Shown piece after piece: positions 41,419-55,005 of a stretch of DNA of 64,000 bases. Source of the stretch: Octopus sinensis. Its lineage: Eukaryota. The stretch's first letter is position 1, and the number at the start of each line of letters is the position of its first letter. The position numbers were made by a program, and so were the translations under genes. The stretch covers positions 48,670,001-48,734,000 of the forward strand of contig NC_042997.1 of the NCBI RefSeq assembly GCF_006345805.1. The letters run 5' to 3'. The notes beneath the pieces were generated by a model. The model saw only the letters and a list, made by a program, of their open reading frames with translations, was not told where the DNA came from and made no database searches.

Positions 41419-43092
41419 AATGTCACATGTTAACACATTTATTTGCAAGTAAGTAACTCTCTGTTTTAAATTTTTCCGGGTTCATAGGATTATGCTCAAG
41501 GTGGCTTCGTCATTCATACGTGCCATCCTTGCTACATTCGCCCATATTTTTTTGTTTGAAACATTCGCTAAAGTAGATAATGTCCTCGCAAATATTGTAA
41601 GACATCTTGATTATTCCTGATTGTAAGACATGCTGATTATTCCGCCTGCCTATCGGCTGGATTGGTACTTCACTTTCCGATCCCGAAAAGAGGAACGGCA
41701 AAATAACAGACATCAGTAGAATTTGGACTGAAAGTGAAAAGAGTCGGTGAAAAATAAAAAATATATATTTATAGAGAATATGGAACTAAAATTCTCATTG
41801 TAACTTTGTTGTCGCACGTTCGGATGACCTCTACTCAACTTCACTCTCGACTCTAGTCTACCACTGCTACTCCTCACGTCTAGACTTCTCCCTCTATATC
41901 TACGTATTGGGCTAGTCTACTTCATCGTCTGGGGGCGTCCACACAACAAACTTACAAATACTTTAGTTCCATAATCACTAACGACGTTTTCTTAGCTCGT
42001 AGCAGTTGTCTCTCCAAATCTTATGTGGGGTGCATAATGAAATGCTGTTCCTACTCATCTACAGTGCTGCTGCTGCTATATATACGTGCATCAAAAATGT
42101 CATCAAAGAAGTCCACCTAGAATATTGACATATAGTCACTCAGCAATACATTTCAGCTTCTATACAGCAGTTAGAGTTCACCCATCTGAGAGACACGTCT
42201 TTTTTCCTCTCATTGGATATATCGTGTTCCCCCTTTTCAGATGGACTTTGTTTAGTCACACATGTATTCAATGCTACTATTCCAGACACAGTCGTCGAGT
42301 TGGAATTGTCCAAGATGATTATCAAATATTAACCACATATAACTCAACAATTTCAGTAATGGCAGAGGCCGCAGAGGACTGGCGTCCAAATACTTCCTCC
42401 TGTTCTCAATCACTATAATAGAAGATGGCAGAAGCAGTAGCAGTAGTAGTAGTAGTGGTGGTGGTGGTGGTGGAGGTGGTGGTTGTTTTGGTGAGTGGTG
42501 CGATGGTGGAGGTAGCAGTAGTTGTTCTTGTTTATATAGCACTTCTATTAAGAAAGCATAAAAGGAGAGACAAATCTGGATGAGCTGGGGCTTGAAGAAT
42601 TTTTTAGTCGTATGAATCTACTTCAGTACATATTTGTTAAGCTTGGTACATATTCTATCGAACTGTTTTGTTATAGGGCCATAAACACACCAACACCAGT
42701 ATTCAAGTGGTAGTGCGGTACAAAAACACACGCATTCATATATATATATATACAAAACACGCCCGCTAAGATAAGTTCCATTGTCTAAAGTCGTAAGACA
42801 CACGCTGTTTTAAAATTTATTTTTGTTTTTTGTATTTATATTCGTGTGGCATCGTCCGCCTTTCTGTCCCTGTTTCGTATACATTCGATCCTCTTTCCAA
42901 GAAATCTAATGCTCGCAGCTTGGTTTTCCTTGGGGCTAGCCGGATCTGAGCGAATCTAAGGATTAATTAGCCGAAATATGCTAGGACGATCCGGTTCCTG
43001 ACTGAAGATTAGAGGCTTCGAATGACCCGTCCGTTTTTGTGTCGTCTCTTTGTGTTTTTTACGTTCTTGTCCCATTTGTATATATAATTTTT

Positions 43093-43127
<35 letters not shown>

Positions 43128-43267
43128 AAAACGACCTCGAACACACAAGTGCAAACAAGGGAGTCAGAGAAAGGCAGAATGCTACTTATATCTGAACACT
43201 ACTACAGAAATATTCTTTTAAAAAAACTTTTCTTCTAATTTTTCTAAATTTAATTATTTAATCGTTA

Positions 43268-43305
43268 CAGTTGAAAAGGTTTCAAAATGACCGAAACCGG
43301 TACTG
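43268..43305 (+). ncRNA. Minimal type I hammerhead-like ribozyme (U3-A8 core)
   Basis: CAG-UUGAAAA-GGU UUCAAAAUG ACC-GAAAC CG GUA-CUG. Confidence 0.6.
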
Positions 43306-43392
43306 AAAGATTCACTATAAAATTATCTTAGCATTTTCTATTTTTGACTTGTTTTTTCATATATATCAACTCGTGTGTTCCTTTCCACCCTT

Positions 43393-43441
<49 letters not shown>

Positions 43442-43739
43442 TACAAAAAATTCAGGGTGAATACTTGATAAATGTAAGCACCTGTATATGCCAGTTAGTG
43501 GTGTAGGTGATAGGGCATATTTATCAAAAGAAAAACAGGATGCAAAGGATTTAGTGGTACATATGTTTCTGGCTTTATTGGACAGTTTATATATCATTTA
43601 TATATCAATGCATAATTGATGTAAGCCTTCTTCAGCCGCGCACAATTACCACACCAAAGACATGTATTACATTATAGCAGGTTTGAGAAGTTTGGGAAAA
43701 ATACGGGTTTCGTTGGGGATGCAAATCATATATATATAT

Positions 43740-44066
43740 AGGTGAAGGCGCGCGGCTCACTGGTTAGGGCATTCGACTGACGATTGTAAGGTCGTGATTT
43801 CAATTCCCGGCGACGCATTGTTTCCTAGAGCAAAATACTTTTATTTCACGTTGCTCCAGTCCATTCAGGTGGGAAAATGAGTTGTACCTGTATTTCAAGG
43901 GGCCAGCCTTGTCACACTCTGTGTCGCGCTGAATCTCCCTGAGAACTATGTTAGGGGTACACATGTCTGTGGATTGCTCAGCCAGTTGCACGCTAATTTT
44001 ACCAGCAAGCTGTTCCGTTCATCGTATCAGCTGAGACCCTCGTCGTCGTAACCGACGGAGTGCTCC
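43740..44066 (+). mobile_element. tRNA-derived SINE, family C variant
   Basis: ggctcactggttagggc head; gtacctgtatttcaagggg...ccctcgtcgtcgtaaccgacggagtg tail shared with 20263-20643. Confidence 0.85.
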
Positions 44067-44450
44067 TAAATATACATATTTATCAGTCATTTTCGCATCC
44101 TAACCAATGCATCTATCTATGGTCGCATTCTGAAGAGAATTACTTACTCCAGTAAATCGAAACGATCGTAAATGCCACCCTCAGCTCTGCTTCCTACTCC
44201 TTTGTTATCTATTTAATTACAGACATGCCAGCGTAAACCATGAGTTTCCATTGCTATTATATCCATTTTCTTCTGTTATAATTATATATATATATATATA
44301 TATATAGTTGATAAAAGATTAGAGATATATACAAATCAAATTTTTATATATAAAAGATGGAGGTGGCAACAGCACAGAAGTAAATCTACGACTTTTCAAT
44401 TAGGAAAGAATTTAATAAAACGATTTTAAAATTATATAAAGAAAATATAA

Positions 44451-44493
44451 AATATTACCGGTTTCGATGATGAATTTCATCTTATCAAATATT
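44451..44493 (-). ncRNA. Minimal type I hammerhead-like ribozyme (U3-A8 core)
   Basis: Minus strand AAUAU-UUGAUAA-GAUG AAAUU CAUC-AUC-GAAAC CG GUA-AUAUU. Confidence 0.55.
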
Positions 44494-44779
44494 AATAAAA
44501 ATTCATAAAAATTCGAAGTTAAAACAGTTTGTCTTCTGTTTGGTGATCAAACATGTCGGGAGTGTTTTCGCTGAAGTCTTCTTTAAATATAGTTTGCTAT
44601 AGAGAATGTGTTAGAGAGAAAGAGAGAGAGTGTAGTTGTCTATTGTTTCAAAAAATCTCAGTGGGTTCCTGCCGTGGGAGTGGCTTAAAAGTATTTATTG
44701 AATGTGTCTTATGTCAAGCTGTGTGTGCGTGCGCACGTGTGTCTTTATTAAAGCTGCAAAATATCATAAAAACTTCTAC

Positions 44780-44828
44780 TCAGAGTTTCACGTTCCAGTT
44801 CCAGACGAACGGGAACGTGAAACTCTGA
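44780..44828. other. 49 nt hairpin with a 17 bp perfect stem
   Basis: TCAGAGTTTCACGTTCC-A-GTTC-CAGAC-GAAC-G-GGAACGTGAAACTCTGA. Confidence 0.85.
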
Positions 44829-44972
44829 CTAACAGTTTGTTTTTGTGAAGTTTTTGCAGCTTTACTATAAACGCATATTTCTCTATATTCGGTTCTATTT
44901 TTTCCCACCTTGTTTTGCATCTATGTACTTACTCGTGGATATGTGTGTGTGTATGTCTGTGTGTGTATACAG

Positions 44973-45115
44973 GACGGACTTCTTTCAGTTTCCGTTTACC
45001 AAATCTACTCACAATGTTTCAGCTTACTCCATGCTATAGTGAAGGACACTTCCCCAGGGTTCCACACAGTGGGACAGGATCTAGAACCATGTTGTTTGGA
45101 ATCAAGCTTCTTATC
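44973..45115 (-). mobile_element. Decayed SINE, family A
   Basis: ttctttcagtttccgtttaccaaatctactcacaa...gaaggacactt matches family A in reverse complement. Confidence 0.75.
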
Positions 45116-45124
45116 ACGAACCCA

Positions 45125-45245
45125 TTACGTTCTCAGCTAAAATCCGCCGAGGATGGTCTGTGCCTTTCATCTTTCAGCGGGTCGACAAAATAAGTATCAG
45201 TCTAGTACTGGGGTCGATACTATCGACTCCCCTCTCCCCTACAAA
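45125..45245 (+). mobile_element. SINE family D fragment
   Basis: ttacgttctcagctaaaatccgccgagg...gcctttcatctttcagcgggtcgacaaaataagta. Confidence 0.65.
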
Positions 45246-47951
45246 ACTGCTAGAAACATATATGCACGCATGCAGTACACAGGAGACAACGAAGTTGTTT
45301 TCATGTGAGCCCTACGTCTATTGGCAACCAAATGTTCCTAAAATCACGTTAAGCGTCTTATAGTAAAATCATGTTAAATATTTTGTCCTGGTTCACGAAA
45401 AGACACTAGAACGATTAAGTTAGAATACATTTGACCACAGGTATAACTTTGAAGGTCTAACTTAAGTTTAAAAAATAACAACCACCTTTCACAGGTACGC
45501 ACTTATAAATACATTCTCGCACATACTGGTATGACTTGTAGGGTTGAGTTTCGAGTTTAAATTTAAGTTTGCCAAATTATAAGAATTTACTAGAAGTTGC
45601 AGTTTTATGATACAGAGATTAGGTCAAGGGGTTTGTACTGGATCTGGGTGGCGACAGTCTATAAATAGCAGCAACACCGTCATATAGAAACGAGTCTGAT
45701 ATAGGCGTTCTGAAGAAGCAGCTGAGTATTTTACATTCTTCCACCAGAAATCTAAACTTTTGACAAGCAACTTTCATAATATAATATATGCCGTGTCGTC
45801 ATACGAAGTAGCCACTGATTGTAGAAGTATCATTTGAAATGACGGATAATTTCAGTTGTGTGCTATTCATGAACATATCAGATGAGATATAATACTTGAT
45901 ATGTGTAGTTTACTGTATCATTATAATGTTGATTAGAGATTAGATTGTGATGATTCCCATTCGAATATATTTTCTAGTTCTGTTAAGGAAAGAAATGAAT
46001 GTCTGACAAGAAGTGGCGATGTCGTATGTGTTTAGAATATCAAAGAGAATCTAAGACTATTTTGATCAGCATGAATAAAGTGTTGTGAAAATAGTAATAA
46101 CCTTCACCCTGAACAGACGAAAGAATGAGGAAGACACAATTTAGCTTTGAGTTAGACAAGAGTTGGTGGAGTGGAACCAAAGAGAGAACCTACCAATACA
46201 TGCAGCAAGGGGTCTGATCTAAGATATACAGAACGACTACATGGCACAGGCCAAGTATTTCGTTTATTTCTTAGGCAAGATGCAGTAGTCTTTTCCCTGG
46301 CCTTAGGTGCAACAACATTGATTTAAAAAAGCTTTTTTGAAGATTCATAAGAGATAAGATCTGCCCCTATTGAAGTTGCAGTCGCGGCCACTAGGCAGTT
46401 AATGTGTTTATGCTGCTCCAGGAAATATTGAGTAATTAAATGCCGAGTCGATCAGAGGACAGTCGGTAGATCACAATGTTCATCCTTGTTGTTGATGGTA
46501 TGCGCTTCTTTTCCAGTGATAGAGATCGATCTCTAGTGATAGTATTAAAAAAGACGTGATATTGCGTTGGCTCGTTCGTCGGAGTTTTCTTATTCAGTGA
46601 CTGTGTGAGATGACAGCAAGGATGAGAGAAACGGCAATGAGTTTCTATGAAGCTGCGCTGGCAACATAGTCACACAAGTTGTGATATTCTTGGAAAGGAG
46701 ATTCCGAGACACGAATATGAAACCAACCAATTTCTGACATCTCATTAATTACCATTCCATTTTCTTTAAAATTCTTCCAACAAATGATACATCACTTACC
46801 TATATAAAGTAAATAAGTAATTAAGTTGGCTATTAAACAAATATTTGAAAAGGATACTTAATATTTAGGCTGATAAAGCAGTGTTATATCTTGCTAATCT
46901 TTTATAAGATCAAATTTCTAAGCAGCCGAAACTTAACAGGGAAGTAAGATAAGAATGTTATAACATGGTCGTATGCCTATTTCGAGTTATCCTTACATAA
47001 CTGCATAGACACACACTAATCACCGCACACATAATCAGTATTACTTTATCTTTCCTAGTCATTTATGTTCATCGTCCTTCCTCTCTCTCTCTCTATCTAT
47101 CTTTATTCAAATCAAGCTAGTATATAAATATCACATGGTGCATATAGCGTATCAAATATATCAGCTTACTCGGGCAACGTCACTGGACTCGAGGTCACAG
47201 GCTCAATGATTCATTCGATTAACGAATCATTTGGCCTATGGCTGGACGAAACACTATTAAAAATATCGACTGCACATACGCATGGCCATGAATACGACTT
47301 AAACTAATTCACTGTAACTGAAATTTGGTGAAATAGATGCAGTTCTTTTATGGATACTACACTGAAATATCATCTACAATGAAGAAATGCATAACCTCTC
47401 CCTCTGCTTTCTTGCTGACAAAATAATTCTTCAATTGTTCATGCTTTGTCTCACAGCATGAGGAAGGCTCCGCAGTGTGATGTTTTTGACTATGGTGGTA
47501 ATATGGAAGAGCTTTTAATAGTTCAACTTCATTACAGTCACGATTGCTGGCATGGTACTATATTTTAATGAGTTAATGTCAGATTTTAGTTCTATCAATG
47601 TGCTTTTTTGTATTATTTCGAAAGAATAAACTCGACCATATTGAACACAACCAACGAATGCGCTAACGGTTATAAAGACAGCTAATTGTTTTGTCACATT
47701 CGTCTAACCGTCATACAAATTAACAATGCCCACATGTAGTAAAAGATACTAATACGCCTCTCTGTGCTCCAAGATATATTATTTAAAATTATAAATTATA
47801 TAACTCGATCTTAAAAAATATTGAGAACGGAGTCGTCTCGTTTTTAGAACTAATCCAGTTTTATTTACAACATTTTTTAAATATAAATACACAAGAAATA
47901 TACGAAATATATATATACACACCTATGCATGTATACATACAACATATGGGT

Positions 47952-47987
<36 letters not shown>

Positions 47988-49134
47988 TATTGAGTTTCTG
48001 AACACTTTAATATCATCCTATAATTTTGTAAAATATTGTTTAAAACACTTTTATATGAGACAAAAGCCAAGTGAAACGTGAATAGGATTTTGAAACTGAA
48101 TTATTGCCCATTTATGAGTTTTTTCCAAGATCAATAAAAAAAAAGAGAAATTATGGTATTTTAAAAAATCATCATCATCATCGGTGAAGTCATCGTCGTC
48201 ATCGGCAGCACCATTGCGGTTTTAAAAAATAGCATCCCATCGAAAAAGATACAAAAGAAAAAAACTATCGCCACTTACTCACTAGATAATATATTCACCG
48301 ATAGTAATCTAATTTATTAAACAGCCTGATCATTTTTAATGTTATTATTTCCCTTGTAGCGTGTATCTAAACACGAACAACAGATTCACTATTAAAACTC
48401 CCTTTGCTTTCCACTGAAGAAATAAACGACAAAGCCTAGCTTGTATATTTTTCATTCTATGCACTGAATCATAAGAGAAATTGTTGAAATAATTTACAAT
48501 AAATACAAATAAAACATTTGATGCTTATAAAGCACAGAAATCTTCTAACAGATTCGTTAACTGTTTATTCTCTTCAATAAAATCGCTTCTTCCGTATATG
48601 TTTTGGTAAAATAGATTTTGTGATATTTATTTAGGTCTTTCTCGATGAAATCTTTTCACCCGAATATTAATTGCACTTAGTGATGCTATTCTAATAATCA
48701 TATAATGATAACATGAGTATATCGATACTATCTCTCAAATACTTAAGTGAAGAGAAATGAAAATGTGTTATCCAAGCCCTTCCTATGCGCATCACTGCCA
48801 AAATTGACGTGAAATAGCTTCAACAGAAAGCCAGAGCAGTTTGCCATATTAATCCAAATATTATCAATGAATGAGATTGAAATGATATATTAATGAGGTT
48901 AGTTTAATAAAGAACTTTTTTTGATTGAATAATTATACTTTGAAAACAAATTAACGTCACGAATGGTTTTAAAATACTCGAATGAAATAACACACTTTCC
49001 TGAGTTCTCTGAAGCTTTAGCAATTGATATAACGAGGCAAGCCGAGGCAGTAACGTGTTGATGTAGAATGTTATATGGTTTTAATAATCTATGGATTTTA
49101 AATAGGTTATCCTTGTATTAAAAACTTGGATTTT

Positions 49135-49579
49135 TTAGCAGCAATGCTAGTGTATTATTGATAACAGTTTCATAAAATGCTGGTAATGAGTTCGAATATG
49201 ATCGAATACCATATGGCTAAAGTAAGAACTACCAACCCTAAGGAAACATTTTCTGAAGCAAAGTATTAACGAGAGGTTGCTGAAAAGTTCCTGGATTTAA
49301 GGGTATCGCATAAGGCTTTGTTGGAGGCTCAACTGAAGGACCGCTGCAATAAGTGTGTGATTCTGAGAGGGGAATAAAATCATAATTAACTGATACTCCC
49401 GTATTTTCTTAATATTCGTACTTGTATTTAAGTCTAAGAATTATTAGCAGTAATATCACTGTATCATTGATGACAGTGTTATGAAACACTGGTACTTAGT
49501 TCAAATAGGATCAAATGACATATGGCTAAATTAAATCTGAACGTCCAACCGCAAAAGAAACATTTCAAGAAGCGAAGTA
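49135..49579 (+). repeat. Diverged ~135 bp direct repeat pair separated by a mariner-derived remnant
   Basis: 49135-49265 and 49444-49579 align (ttagcag.aat, catatggctaaa, gaaacattt...gaagc.aagta). Confidence 0.7.
49268..49420 (+). mobile_element. Truncated mariner-derived MITE
   Basis: acgagaggttgctgaaaagttcctgg is a mariner-type TIR. ctgcaataagtgtgtgattctgagagggga resembles the transposase end (KCV..RGEY). Confidence 0.55.
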
Positions 49580-49959
49580 GTCTTCACCGATTTAATAAGT
49601 TAAGGAGTAAGACCACAACGATATAGCGATCAATATAGAAGTTTGCTGTTAATTACTAACCTACAGGTTAGTACAAACATCAAAAACTGAAACAGAATTA
49701 TTGCTAAAGCCGACAAAAATATTAGCAGTTTGAGTAGATTGTATTTATGAAAATATATCTTTGATTCAAAACAAAGTAAATATGTGTGTAGAGACTGAAG
49801 TAAACCTAAATGACTCACCACTGGTACAGTCAGTATTTTGTTCTCTCGAAAACAACTTAACCACATGTAAAAATCAACTTCGGTGGGATGTGAGGTCAAA
49901 ACCTAGACCTGCAGATTTCAAATGTAAGTTATTATTGGTTTCAAATTTTGGTACAAGGC

Positions 49960-50315
49960 CAGCAAGTAAGGGGAAGGAGGCAAGTCGAATACATCGAACT
50001 CTTTGCTTAGCTGGTACGTAGTTTATCGACCTCGAAATGATGAAAGGCAAAGTCAACCTCGGCGAAATTTGAACTAAGAAAGTAAAGACGAACGAAATAC
50101 CTATTTCTTTACTACCCACAAGGGGCTAAACACAGAGGGGACAAACAAGGACAGACAAACGGATTAAATCGATTATATCGACCCCAGTGCGTAACTGATA
50201 ATCGACCCCGAAAGGCAAAGTCGACCTCGGCGGAATTTGAACTCAGAACGTAACGGTAGACGAAATACCGCTAAGCATTTCGCCCGGCGTGCTAACGTTT
50301 CTGCCAGCTCACCGC
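49960..50315 (-). mobile_element. SINE family D: one near-full copy (50090-50315) plus an adjacent partial copy
   Basis: Reverse complement of gagctggcagaaacgttagcacgccgggcgaaatgcttagcgg...gagttcaaattccgccgaggtcgactttgcctttcggggtcgat. Confidence 0.88.
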
Positions 50316-53300
50316 TAAGCATTTTGCAAGCTCACTGCCTTTATGTATGTTATTATTGCATCCAGTTTATTTTTTGCGAAAGGTTCCAAATGACGAAGTT
50401 ACTTGTTAACACTCAACAGATCTAGTATGATTCTTCAAAATAGATTCATCTTGAAAGCGATTCGAATAAAGTAATACGTTGCTTATTATTTTTTCCTGCT
50501 GAGTTATGGAGGTGTGGGCAGCCACCATGAACCTTTATTTTTCTCAGGACCTCAGAACTTTTGCAGGGGCAAAAAGGAAGTTGATGGAATGTTGCTCAAA
50601 TACTTATAACTAAGTATAGTCTACCAAAACGCAATCATGGATCCGTTGATGGTGTTAAAGCGAGAAATACATAGACAACCATCCAAAATTTTAGCACTCA
50701 GACTACCGGAACACACACCACAAGGCATCTCATCTAATGCTCAAAAAATTCCGCCAAAACACCGCTTTGAACTTGTCTATGTTAACGGCCCCGATAGGAT
50801 AAATGGAAGAGGTAACGTGGAGAGATTCGAACTCAGAGTACCGAAATATATATCTGGCGGAATTTCGTTCAATGGTTATATTATTAAGCCAAATTTTACC
50901 TCTATGTGAGAGGCTTAAAATAAACTCTTTGACTTAGACTGGTATGTTTGTTCGTGTAAATACTATAAAGTAGTAATTACTCAGCGCTGATGTATAATCG
51001 GGAGTAACATGTAATAAACATCAGTGAAGCTGCCAGAAACTGGAAATAGTAACTTGTATTTTGGGAAATGTTACATCAATATAATAGAAGCTATATCAAT
51101 ATAGTTTACTACACCAGGAATATGGAGCAAATGGGAACAATGAACATTGTCCAAAATTTAACTATGTGTTATTGAAAATATGATACATGTGTGTATATGC
51201 TTGTTATAAGTAGTTTGAATCCTGACTTAAAAATAGTATGAGGTAATAGCTCACACGATAGTCAATTTATATTCAATTATTAGAGGGAAAGTGAGCAGAT
51301 AGTGTATTACTTGCTTTTATAAATATGAACAGAGGAAATGTCATGGAATGAGGGGAAATGGGAGCAAGTAGTAACTTGTCATACTAATGGGTTTTAGAGG
51401 TCCTACATGAAATAAAGCAGATCTAATTCAGCATCTGAATCGACTTGAGGTATCAAATCACAGAGAAATTGCCATCCTATCACACTGTGAATCACAAAAC
51501 AAAATATTGAGATGAGACTTAAATTAGAATATATTTAAAATAACATGATTAGGTACGAAAACTGTATATTTACGAACGGAAAAAATCGGGATATTGTGAC
51601 ATACACGAATTTACAAAGCCATAGAAAGCGGAAAGATAAAATCCGGTTGAAATGGTGTCCTTTGATGGCTGCCAGTGAAAATGATAAGTATGTTGAAGTA
51701 CTGGGCTTACTGCCTAAGTGCAAAGTTTTTTATATGATATTGGTGAAGTAAAATGATGTAAAATTTTAATAATCAGAAATCTAAACTTGCACATGACACA
51801 GCATATAATAATGTTTGTCTTGTTGATGAATTGAAGTCAGCGTTGTCCATACATTTTTAACGATAGCCTAAAATGTCAACAAGCACAGAGGCCCTCTCCC
51901 AAAACACATAAAACTGTAGAATCCATTCTTCCTTTCTAGTTGTATGAAGATAATGTCTGTCGTGATACGTCAGTGAGATATAAAAGATTTTACCACGATA
52001 CCTACGATGATAATGCATTTATATTCTGAATTACAACTCTATTTCCAATTATTGTAATGCCATAATCTTGTCCTAAACCTCCCTGACATAAGTTCATCTT
52101 AATTGGAAAATCTCCGTTATTAACGATACTAATAAACGCAATTTTGACGCCAACATCAAGGGAATATTTGAAATACCAGACAAGTTCACATAATATTATA
52201 AAGAATTTATCACTATCAATATCCGCTTAACACACACATGTATATAATACACAAGGATGCATACACACATATCTATATATACATTTACATATGCATAGAC
52301 GCACACATTCAGGCGCACGCATATATACATATTAATGTGGTGTCTGTGTGTTTGCTTGTGTTATAATACTCTTAGGTATGCATATGTATTGTATCGGTAC
52401 TTTTGTATTTTTGTATTTCAATACTTGCAAGACGGATATAAACGCACATAAATATTCATACAATACACATAACTGCAAACACATATTCAAAAACACATAT
52501 GTGACGGTGTGTGCACATGCTTATCTAATAAGTGCGAGTGCTTGTCTGTGTGTTTATGTGTGCGTGTGTATCTGTATGTGTGTATGTGTGTGTGTGTTCG
52601 TGTGTGTGCGTGTGTGCACACATTTAGATGTGATTATGAATATATATTCAAACGAAAAAATTTCACTGAGTAGCAATTTGTTTTGCAACAATCAGACATA
52701 TACAAACACACATACAAGTACGTATATACATATACTCACACACACACGCAGTCCTAAAGCTCATTTTAATATAAGATCACAAATTTCAGGGTTGGGTAAT
52801 AGATGTAATTGACTCAAGTATATGACTAGAACTGTATTTTATTGACCTTGTTGAAATCAAAACGTAAACTGAAATTCATATTGCTCGTAAACTAAGTCAA
52901 AGTTCTTTGAAATGCAACATTATATTCTTAAAATATATCACAACCATAGTTAATTGGAATTAAGAATCAGGTTATAGAGAGGATTATAAAAGAAGTTATG
53001 ATCATGACGCTAGTAAAGCAAATTATGTATCGCAACAGATGCCTTAATGGCAATTTTAGCTAGGTAATGGTGTAATGGCTGATTAAATCGACACCAATGC
53101 TTCAATGACTATGGGTTGATGAAAAACAGGCGAGTAAAGCATGGAGCACAACCAAATACAGTGACAATGGGGAGTGCAGAATAGATATTAAGAAGCATCC
53201 TGGGAATATATTCGATAGATGGATAGATAGACATACATACAGACGGACGGACGGACAGACAGACCGATAGATAGAAAGGTGGATGGATAGATGGATGGAT

Positions 53301-53360
53301 GGATGGATGGATGGCTATTTAGCTAGATACATAGAAAGATAGACAGACATGAAGACAGAC

Positions 53361-53391
<31 letters not shown>

Positions 53392-53414
53392 ATATATATA
53401 TATATATATATATA

Positions 53415-53595
53415 CATCGTTAGCCACTACACACTTTTTTCTCTCCTTGTTTTTTTCTGTGTCCCTTTCTGTAGAAGAGCGTAGGCTCGAAACGTGAAAG
53501 ACTTTTTTCTATTCCTGAGCGTTATACTAATACATCTGTTTGTTTTGTACACACCACCTATCTTCGTCTTTTGTTTTTTTCGTAAACTCTCCCTA
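53415..53595 (+). mobile_element. Solo PLE-type terminal repeat between (TA)n tracts
   Basis: Homologous to 4530-4752. Confidence 0.65.
53461..53502 (+). ncRNA. Minimal hammerhead-like motif, non-canonical core (CUGUAGA), GUG at the cleavage site
   Basis: CUUU-CUGUAGA-A-GAGC GUAG GCUC-GAAAC-GUG-AAAG; helix I 4 bp, helix II 4 bp. Confidence 0.45.
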
Positions 53596-53602
53596 TATAT
53601 AT

Positions 53603-53675
<73 letters not shown>

Positions 53676-53679
53676 TAGC

Positions 53680-53780
<101 letters not shown>

Positions 53781-55005
53781 GTTTGAAAATGTATTTACAG
53801 ATAAACATTTTAAAGACATCTATGTTAACTTTGGTAGCTTTTAAAAGCGAATAAAAGAGCAGTCGAGAAGCTACCCTACATTTTTGTAAATCTTCAGACT
53901 TATGCGCATATTCCAAAATTCCAGTCTTATTAAACCTGTTAAAAAGATTTTGCTCCTGAAAAATGAGGTCATGGAGCTCTAAAATGTGAGAGTTAAGGCC
54001 CCTGTTGGGGGTGGGCATCTTCATGCCAACCAGAGAAGTTGAATTGTTGAGAATTTTTTAACTTGTGTCATATATCTATTGTTTGAATTTCTTTGAAATA
54101 ATAAATATATGTTCACTGGGGTTGTAAAAGAGAGCAAATCTACAGGAAACCAAAAGAAGAATGGTCACAATAAGCAGTCAGTTACCCTACCCTAGTCGTT
54201 ACCACTCCCAATGTAGGATTCCTGACCATCCAGGTGACAGGCACAGCCGTAAGATGCATTACGAATCTATAGCAATTGGAAGGACGTGACCCAACTGAAA
54301 TAAACATTAACAACTGTGTGACGTGACGGCTTAGGAGAAATGAAAGCTGGAGTTTGCAAATGACCACTGTACTGATATGTAACTGGACAGAATATATATA
54401 CAATCTATAAATGTCTTTGATTAACCAGTCACTCATCTGGGAAGGCCTTGAAAACAATGTTACCATCTGGGGACTATGTGTGACCCAGTGATAATAAAAA
54501 GACTGAAAGGAGATGCAATCAAATAACTTTACTCAACACTTTGCAACTGAATCAAGGGAGGCAAAAATGCCTCTCATTTACTTGACAATTTATGCATCAC
54601 ATTGCAGAAATCACAATCTAAGTGTATGTAAAAGCAAACTGTTACACTGTTGTACCATTGAATTAGAAATAATGCTCATCTTCTATGCTCGGATGACCCC
54701 ACAGCTTCCAAGATTACAACTATTCGTCTTTGCTTAGATAAAATGACAAAATTATGGGCGTTAAGTCCCCATGAAGGGGTCTTTCTAACTTGTAAGAAGA
54801 TGAAATTATATAAATACTACTTCATTTGTATCTAATATCTATGGTTAAAATTTCCTCAACAGCAAAATTGTATGAATTGTCATGAGGTTTATGGCCCTTA
54901 TGCAGGGAATATAATTTCCAAATTTCATAAAGATCCATTCAGTACTTTTGACTTCGTTTTGGATCATAAAAGAAATGACTAAAATTTTTCTGTTGCTTCC
55001 TTTCA

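Noticed and set aside
41880-42380. Possible LINE C-terminal remnant (QTYKYFSSII)
   Set aside because: A single short motif; too decayed to call.
42985-43032. CUGAAGA...GAA inside a ggacg/cgtcc stem
   Set aside because: No helix II directly after the core and no GAAA/UH geometry.
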